DNA from: Candidatus Hydrogenedentota bacterium
GTDB taxonomy: Bacteria; Hydrogenedentota; Hydrogenedentia; Hydrogenedentales; SLHB01
Reading direction: 5' to 3'
Assembly (NCBI GenBank): GCA_045863295.1
Contig: BTWA01000040.1
Location: 1-48,014, forward strand
DNA: 48,014 bases
Numbering within the stretch: the stretch's first letter is position 1; every line of letters begins with the position of its first letter. Below, one piece after another: positions 19,071 through 26,500 of this stretch. Under the pieces are notes generated by a model. That model had not been told where the DNA came from, made no database searches, and worked only from the letters and a program-made list of their open reading frames with translations. The position numbers and the translations under genes were made by a program.

Positions 19071-22000
19071 GATGCGTAGGCGCCTCTAATTCCTGGTTCG
19101 GGTTGCGCAATTTCGCCAAATACGTTGTACGCGGCTTCGTGTTCAGATCCGCAAGCAAGCTGTAATTCCGCGATTCGCGCTTCAACTTGGATACCTGTGA
19201 CTCCGCATCCGAAACATCACCGAATGCGATGGCTGCCGCGGGGCATGCGTCTTGACACGCAGTGCGAATTTCGCCGTCAAGCACTTTACGACCCGCTTTT
19301 TTGGCGTCGATACGGGCCAGATTAATACGCTGCACGCAATAGGTGCATTTTTCCATTACGCCACGGGTACGCACCGTGACATTCGGGTTGCGCATCAATT
19401 CAAGCGTGTCCTGCCGATCTGACGGATGCAGATTGTTCACAAAACTCAGGAAGTTGAACCGGCGAACCTTGTATGGGCAATTGTTTGCGCAGTAGCGCGT
19501 GCCCACACACCGGTTGTACACCATGTCGTTCAATCCTTCCTTGCTGTGCATGGTTGCGCCCACCGGGCACACCAATTCACAAGGAGCGCGTTCGCACTGC
19601 ATGCACGGGACGGGCTGATGAACCGCAATCGGTGCATCGGCAGAGCCTTTGTAATACCGATCGACGCGAATCCAGTGCATCGCGCGATTCTTGATCACCT
19701 GTTCTTTTCCGACTACAGGAATATTGTTTTCGGCTTGACACGCCATTACACAAGAGCCGCAACCGGTGCAGGCATTCAGGTCAATGGTCATTCCCCACTG
19801 CTGTACTTCCTCGAACGACCGGTTCGCAAACATCGTATCGTCGGTGTCGTGTGGTTTCTGATGATGGAAGTGATCATCGAAATGGGCGTCTTGAAATTCG
19901 CTAAGCGTGGTCATTAACACGATAGGCCGGTCGTATTCCGTGGGCCCGTACAACTCACCGGTCAATGCATGATGGTCTTCGGTTCGTGCCAGCGGGAATC
20001 GCTTGCCGGTCTTTTCCACGGATGCCGGCGCATGATGCAATCCAGCGCATGCGCGAAGACCGTACACGTCAACCCCGGCGCCGTTTGCGATAAATCCTGC
20101 GCGCGTGCGGCCATATCCCAGATGCAACGTCATGACGTTGTCAGGCTGGCCGGGAAGCACCAGAACGGCTACTTCTATCGTCCGGCCATCCACCGTCACG
20201 GCGACGACGTCTTCGTTAGTCACGCCCAGAGATTCAGCCGTTTTAATGCTGATGAGGGCTGCGTTGTCCCACGTGAGCTTGGTCAACGGCTTTGGCAATT
20301 CCTGCAACCAGCCATTGTTGGCCCATTGGCCGTCTCCGATGGCCGGATCGGGACGAAACGCAATTTGGATCGAAGGATCTTCGGTAACTGTTTGATCGAC
20401 GGTCCAATCGGTGCGCAACGTAAGAGTACGCGGTTTGTAGTTCGAATCCGGTACAAATCCCCGGCCTAGATACTGTTCCCACTGTGCGTCGAAGTCTGCA
20501 CCGCCTCGCAGTCCCTGCCAGTACGATTTAACCAGCCATTGGCCCTGATCCGCCAAGCCCGCGGCACCGGCAAGGAATTCCAGCGCCGTTTTTCCGCCAT
20601 ACAGCGGCGCAATAAGCGGCTGCTGCACCGTGGCCGTGCCATCGAATGAACGCAGGTCGCCCCACGATTCCAGGAAGTGCGCCATGGGCACGTGCCAGTC
20701 ACAGAGAATCGCTGTTTCGTCGTTGTACAGGCCCAGATGATAGCGCGTCGTGACTTTGTCCAATGCCGAAGCGAATGCAAGGTCAACGGGAGCGTTGTAG
20801 ACAGGATTCACATCGAGCATCAACAGGGTATCGACCACGCCCGCATTCATGTCCGCCACCAACGCCTGCAGGGATGCCAATTGATCAACGGGCTGGGCCT
20901 CGACGGGATCGGTATAAATGACCGTAGATCCCACATTGCCGAGAGCCTGGTTCATGGCATGGCCAAGGGCATGCAGATCGGCTGGCTGATTCTCGCCCAC
21001 CACAACTACGCATGCGCCGCGGTGCGCCTGCAGGTCTGCAATGACCGCCTTAATCCATGCGTCGTGTTCTCCGGGCGCGGTTACAGCACCCGCCGCGCTA
21101 ACACCCAACCCCTGCGCGATGGCACGAATAAGCGTGCGAAGTTGGCCGGGTTGCACGCGAAGGGCGTGATCGGCCAAGGCACCGGTCAACGTAGCGTTGC
21201 ATTCCGCAACGTAAAGCCGGTTCATCTCTTTCTTGGAATCAGATACGGTACGTTTGACCGAAAAATCCCGGTTGTACCGAATGGCCCCTGGTCCCTCATG
21301 CAGGAAATCGCAGTCCAGTGCCAGTACCACGTCGGCTTTGTCAAACGCGTACGTGGTTTCGACATGCTCACCAAACGCCAGCTTTGCCCCTGCGCGCACG
21401 TTGTCCAATCCGCAGGGATCCCACTGATGCCATTGCAGGGCGGGCATTTCGGACTTCAGCTGCGCAAGCATGTGGCTTAGCGAAGGCGACGTCACGGTGC
21501 CGGTGAGAATGCGTATTCCTTCGCCGGCCTTGTCCCGCAATCCGGCTGTCAATTTGTTACCGTTAATGTCGAACTCACCGTTGATCCGGTTGGATAACGC
21601 CGTTCGCGCCAATTCCCATGTCGAAATCGCTCCTCGGTAGCGCACGTTTCGCGACCGATCGGGATCGTACAGCTGCAGCACGGCCGCCTGAACCTGGCTG
21701 TTGGACGAACCCAGCGTGGACGAATGCAGCGGATTACCGTCCAATTTTACCGGACGGCCCATATTCGATCGGGCCACTACCCCGTAGCCATACCCTCCGG
21801 ACGGCATCGCGGTCGCAAACGGGACTGGAACGCCCGGCACCAGTTCTTCGGGGGGCTTCACGTAGGGAATAATCTTTTCTTCGGGTTGACGCGAGCAGGC
21901 GCTGACGCCTGCCAGGGCCAACGAAGCGCCCATGAGCCGAAGGAAATTCCTACGATCAAATCCGTCGCCCAGCATTGAAGCTTCACGAGGAAACTCGCGG

Positions 22001-22167
22001 TGATAAAACTCCCTGAATTCCGGCGTATCGGCCAGTTGGTTCAGGCTGCGCCAGAATTCGGGGCCATCTTTTGCCTCGAGCTTCTGCCGGACGGCAGCCA
22101 AGTCGAGAGGAGTGCCTGCAAGGTGTGACTGATCGTGCGTCGTTGTTTTCACTTCGAAATGGCTCAT
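19042..22167 (-). CDS. actB: Alternative complex III ActB (molybdopterin-oxidoreductase-like plus Fe-S domains; Tat lipoprotein)
   Basis: FWRSL...REFP, Tat motif FDRRNFL with lipobox-like VSAC; Fe-S motifs CTGCGSCVMAC, CMQCERAPCELVC, CVGTRYCANNC and CTYC...CQDAC. ATG 22167 overlaps the actA stop. Confidence 0.95.
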   Translation of the reverse strand: MSHFEVKTTTHDQSHLAGTPLDLAAVRQKLEAKDGPEFWRSLNQLADTPEFREFYHREFPREASMLGDGFDRRNFLRLMGASLALAGVSACSRQPEEKIIPYVKPPEELVPGVPVPFATAMPSGGYGYGVVARSNMGRPVKLDGNPLHSSTLGSSNSQVQAAVLQLYDPDRSRNVRYRGAISTWELARTALSNRINGEFDINGNKLTAGLRDKAGEGIRILTGTVTSPSLSHMLAQLKSEMPALQWHQWDPCGLDNVRAGAKLAFGEHVETTYAFDKADVVLALDCDFLHEGPGAIRYNRDFSVKRTVSDSKKEMNRLYVAECNATLTGALADHALRVQPGQLRTLIRAIAQGLGVSAAGAVTAPGEHDAWIKAVIADLQAHRGACVVVVGENQPADLHALGHAMNQALGNVGSTVIYTDPVEAQPVDQLASLQALVADMNAGVVDTLLMLDVNPVYNAPVDLAFASALDKVTTRYHLGLYNDETAILCDWHVPMAHFLESWGDLRSFDGTATVQQPLIAPLYGGKTALEFLAGAAGLADQGQWLVKSYWQGLRGGADFDAQWEQYLGRGFVPDSNYKPRTLTLRTDWTVDQTVTEDPSIQIAFRPDPAIGDGQWANNGWLQELPKPLTKLTWDNAALISIKTAESLGVTNEDVVAVTVDGRTIEVAVLVLPGQPDNVMTLHLGYGRTRAGFIANGAGVDVYGLRACAGLHHAPASVEKTGKRFPLARTEDHHALTGELYGPTEYDRPIVLMTTLSEFQDAHFDDHFHHQKPHDTDDTMFANRSFEEVQQWGMTIDLNACTGCGSCVMACQAENNIPVVGKEQVIKNRAMHWIRVDRYYKGSADAPIAVHQPVPCMQCERAPCELVCPVGATMHSKEGLNDMVYNRCVGTRYCANNCPYKVRRFNFLSFVNNLHPSDRQDTLELMRNPNVTVRTRGVMEKCTYCVQRINLARIDAKKAGRKVLDGEIRTACQDACPAAAIAFGDVSDAESQVSKLKRESRNYSLLADLNTKPRTTYLAKLRNPNQELEAPTHHGSHHEETH

Positions 22168-22823
22168 CGGTGGCACACCGAACAATTGGTTAGTTGACTC
22201 TTCTGGATGCCATATTCTTCTACAAGCCGCGCTCCCAGCGTCTGCTGATCTTCCGCGGGCTCGTAGTTGAGGTTGTACACTTCGCTCTTGGGCCGAATGA
22301 ATTTCTCAGGCGCTTTATGGCATTGCAAACACCACTGCATGTGGAGCGTCTGCCCCTTGGACATGAGCGGCATCTGGTCAACCTGGCCATGGCAGGTTAC
22401 ACAACCCACGCCCCGATCAATGTGGATGCTGTGATTGAAATACACGAAGTCGGGAACATCGTTTACGCGTGTCCACTCCAGCGGTTCGCCCGTCGCCCAA
22501 CTGTCCCGCACCGGCTGCAGCATGGGTGCGTCGGTCCACACTTGCGAGTGGCAGGTCATGCAGGTTTCTGTCGGGGGTATACCCGCAAACGCATCGGTCT
22601 CGACCGAGGTATGGCAGTATCGGCAGTCGATTCCAAGTCCTGCCACATGGTGGCGATGGCTGAAAGGGACTTCCTGGGTTATTGCCTCATTGACGCGAGT
22701 CACGAACGGAGATCGGTAAAAGGCCATCGCCCCGCCTCCGCCGAAGGCAATCAACAGCACACCGCCGATGATGCTCACTCGTGCCAGCGTATTCATGCTG
22801 GATGGGAAGATTTGTGCAGACAC
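22164..22823 (-). CDS. actA: Alternative complex III pentaheme cytochrome c ActA
   Basis: N-terminal TM and five CxxCH motifs (CRYCH, CMTCH, CVTCH, CLQCH, CSVCH). GTG start 22823 after a GAGG RBS. Confidence 0.94.
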   Translation of the reverse strand: MSAQIFPSSMNTLARVSIIGGVLLIAFGGGGAMAFYRSPFVTRVNEAITQEVPFSHRHHVAGLGIDCRYCHTSVETDAFAGIPPTETCMTCHSQVWTDAPMLQPVRDSWATGEPLEWTRVNDVPDFVYFNHSIHIDRGVGCVTCHGQVDQMPLMSKGQTLHMQWCLQCHKAPEKFIRPKSEVYNLNYEPAEDQQTLGARLVEEYGIQKSQLTNCSVCHR

Positions 22824-23176
22824 GTACACCTCTACCTCAACCCTGCCACCAGGGGTTATTTGCTTTCATCCAGTGGCTTGCGCAGACGACCGCGCGCGTC
22901 CAAAACCGGCAAATTTTCGCTTACCGACCGGTAGATACCGATACAACCGGTTTGCTGGAAGCAACTTACGAACGCGTAAGGCTTCCCCCAAGCCGGCACT
23001 GCAATACCCCTTTATTCCGTCGTTGGCTCTATCGCCCTATGCTACGGCGTGTCACCAGACCCCAAAGGCCACATAGAATCGCGCGCCAACCATCAGCATC
23101 TTGGCGCTTTTTCTGGACCTTGCATTCCAGAAACAGTTCCACACGTGAATCTTGGTGCTATTGGGTGCAACTACGA

Positions 23177-23200
23177 CAATCGTGAATTCATTCCCGATTG
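23177..23200. promoter_or_regulatory. Rex-like operator palindrome upstream of the ACIII-caa3 operon
   Basis: CAATCGTGAAT-TC-ATTCCCGATTG (10/11 inverted match). The core TCGTGAA-N4-TTCCCGA matches 11/14 positions of the Rex consensus TTGTGAA-N4-TTCACAA. Confidence 0.4.
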
Positions 23201-23224
23201 CGAACGCCGCAGAGTCTACTCTGT

Positions 23225-23242
23225 TTGATCCCATAAGATCAA
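23225..23242. promoter_or_regulatory. Perfect palindrome TTGATC-N6-GATCAA, possible regulator site
   Basis: Exact 6-bp arms, just downstream of a minus-strand TATAAA (23250-23255). FNR-like half-sites but non-canonical spacing. Confidence 0.3.
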
Positions 23243-23591
23243 CCCAAAATTTATACCCCGTTGCGGTCGACACTTAGACGCGGATTTCCCGAGAAGAAAC
23301 CTGTTCACCTTCCGGTGGTTTTGTTGACGATCTTGGTGTACTCGTCCACACGCCTCTCTGCCGGTTCCCGAAGGTGTTTCGGCGAATTTCTTAGGATACA
23401 ATGGAATCCAATGCGGAACATTCCAGGCCGTTCTGAATATTAATCAGGAGCGGGTCATGTATGGCAGCCGGGGGTCTGGTGTGTGATTTGGAGGGTCTGG
23501 GTGTATGGTTCCCGGCTCGTTTGGTTACGCGGTCTCGTTGGGTCGCGCCGGATCCCGGCGCGAGGCATTGGTTTAGCTAGGATGTAAAAGT

Positions 23592-26500
23592 ATGTCCACT
23601 CATTCGCGTCCTCAGTCCACCGTCCTGCTCGTTATCGGCGCCTTTATTATCGGCGCGTCCCTTCTTCTGTTGTTCTCGGGTCCGGGTGGCGCACCCGCAA
23701 AGGATACAGCAAGTTCGGACGATCGGAATATGGACGAACCCGAACGCGTGCTGGCCGAGGAATCCGCTGACATCGCCGCCGGTACGGATGTCGAGCCCTC
23801 TGCTGATGATTCTGCCTTAGAGAATCAGGAACAGGCGTTCCTGAACGTTGTTGGCAAGGTGCCCGTGGACGGCGAATCGTTGTCTGGCCAGATTATCCTG
23901 TTTTTTGATCGCAGTTTGGATGCCGCCCCATATGACGTTGAGGGAAGCCGCCCATTTACCATTTATCCGGAAGTCCAGGGCGACGTGCGAGTCAGCAACA
24001 ATTTTATCCTGTTCAAAGGCCGCTTCGATCAAACGGCGACATACGAATTGACGCTATCGCCGGATCTCCGTTCGCTGGACGGACATGCCCTGAACCCCGA
24101 ACAGGGAACTCAGATTTTCGCGCCATTTCAGTTTGCGCCCACACGCGTGTGGCTTCTCGAAAAGACCGCAGAACGGATTGTGCTCGGACTCAACTTTCCC
24201 GCGGCCGTAGATGCCGCGACCGTAGCTGACGGGCTCAAGGTAACCGGCGCCGATGGCGTTGCTGAAATTCCCGTAACGATTGAGCCTGCAACCAATGCAC
24301 AAACGCTTCGGTTGGCCATCCAGGGAATTCCATCGTTACCCATAACGGTACATGTCGCAGCGGGCGTCTCGGATGTGAGCAAGCATTTTACCACGGCGTC
24401 GGATACGGCTTTGGTTTTTCCGGAAGAACCCGATCTGGCAGTGACGCATCTGGATTGGGGTGACTTTTACCCGGAGAATCAGTACATCAACATTGGATTC
24501 TCGCAGGCAGTCCCGGCAGACGATCTAAAGTCGCTACTTACAATCACGGACGAGAATTCGGCCCAAGAGATCCCCTTCGAAATAACCACGACCGGAGAAG
24601 ATTCGCAGCACACCCTTATGACTACACTGGAGGATACCGTAAGTGTTCAACTTTCGGTGCGTATACAGCCTGGACTCAAGGGCGCCGGCTTTGCAGAACT
24701 TCGAGAAGCGTACGCGAACCAACTCACACGGTCGCCCCAACCGCTCGTTATGGATTACTCGTGGTGGAATCAATCCGGCCGAGAAGGGCTCGCCTACAAC
24801 ATCGGTTTTAACCATGAACTGGATCCGGAGGCGTTGAAGGAGCACCTTGAAATCACACCCGCCGTCGCCAACATCCAGGTGCGCAGGCCTTACGGGCGGC
24901 GGATCGAGATACTGGGCGATTGGGACTCCAATACCGAGTACACCCTTACCATCAAGACGGGCATGCCCTATGCCGACGGCACCTTAAAACTGGTCGAAGA
25001 GGTTACCCAAACCGCCTATTCCGAATCGGTTCCATCGTTTGTCGGTTTTGACCAACCCGGCAAGTTTTATTTTCCGCGCCGTTCCGAATCAACGCTTTAC
25101 CTGGAATCCCGGAACGTAGACAAAGCCCGTATTACATTGCATCGTGTGTTCCCTTCCAACATCGCTGTTGCATTGAGCGATATGAACGACGGCGAGGGCA
25201 GTTATCCCTTGGTGGACCGGTGGAGCGAGGAAGTCGGGTCCGTTGAAATCCCGTTGAATACCCCCAAAGATCGGCTGGGCAGATCCGCAATCGATCTCAA
25301 GGCACTGTTCCCTTCCGATCTCAAGGGCGTTTTCTGCCTCGAAGCCGAAGGGTTCATCAAGTCCGAGACGCAGGAAGAAACCGTAGAGGAAGGCGAAGAC
25401 GAATACGAGAACGAAGAGCCTGCAGAAGACGCGGATGGATACTATTCGGCGGGTTACACCGGATATAAACTCGCCCTTTTTACCGATATCGGCATTCTAT
25501 CCCATTGGAGCAATTCGGAGTTGGCCCTGTTTACGCATCATCTGGGCACGTTGGCCCCGTTGAGTGGCGCGAACGTGACGGTTTATTCGTACAAGAATCA
25601 AGTGCTTGCCAATGCACAGGCGGACGGCAGCGGCATCGTGCACGTGAAGCCGTTCCAAGCTTCGTTGGGCGAGCCCACGCTTGCGGCCGTGGAATTGGGC
25701 GGCGATTTCGCTTTCCTGGAACTCATGCCGCGGACGGATGACACGCCCGAAATCACAGCCGACATGCCAGACTATGAGGCCGAAGCCTACGATGCGTTCG
25801 TCTATGCGGACCGAGACATTTATCGTCCCGGTGAAACCGCGCACATACGGTGGATTGTCCGTATGAACTATGGGGATGCGGTCGCCAATGTGCCTCTACT
25901 GTACACCGTCGTGCAGCCCAATGGCCAGACTCTGATCGAAGGTCCCACCACCCTCTCCGATTCCGGCACCGGCGGTGTGGATATTCCGACGGAAAAGTCG
26001 TATGCCACGGGCAACTACACCATCAGTGTATTTGTTCCCGGCGACGACGTGGCGATCGGCGATTACACGTTCAAGGTCGAAGAGTTCGTTCCCAACCGCA
26101 TGAAAAGCACGGTTTCGTTGAATGACCCGTTCTGGGTGGCTGGAACGGAGTATGAATTTGTCGTCAACGCGCAACACTTGGCCGGACCGCCTGCGGGCGA
26201 CCGAAAGACCGAAGCGAAGATCATCCTTAAGCGTGACGAATTCAGGCCGGAAGGCTGGACCGCTTTTCGCTTCGGCAACGATGATGACTATCAGCCCGAC
26301 CTGATCTCCCTGGGTGAAGCGATGACCGATGCTGAGGGCAACGCTTCGTATTCGTTTACCTATACTCCGGAACCCAATGTTACTTTCCCCGTGCAGGCGA
26401 CGGTGTTGGGCCGTGTGTTTGAAATGGGCGGACGCCCCGCATCGGGACTCAAGGAAATCGGACTGTTTCCATCCAATATCTGCCTCGGGGTGACGGCCTC

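Noticed and set aside
19042..22167. ActB as an active molybdoenzyme (for example a novel reductase)
   Set aside because: Context and sequence match ACIII ActB, which is known to lack a Mo cofactor.
8209..22934. Numerous 100-400 aa plus-strand ORFs opposite the ACAD and ACIII/caa3 genes
   Set aside because: Shadow ORFs from codon bias, with no recognisable domains.
23225..23242. Canonical FNR box
   Set aside because: The spacer between TTGAT and ATCAA is 8 nt rather than 4; kept only as an unassigned palindrome.
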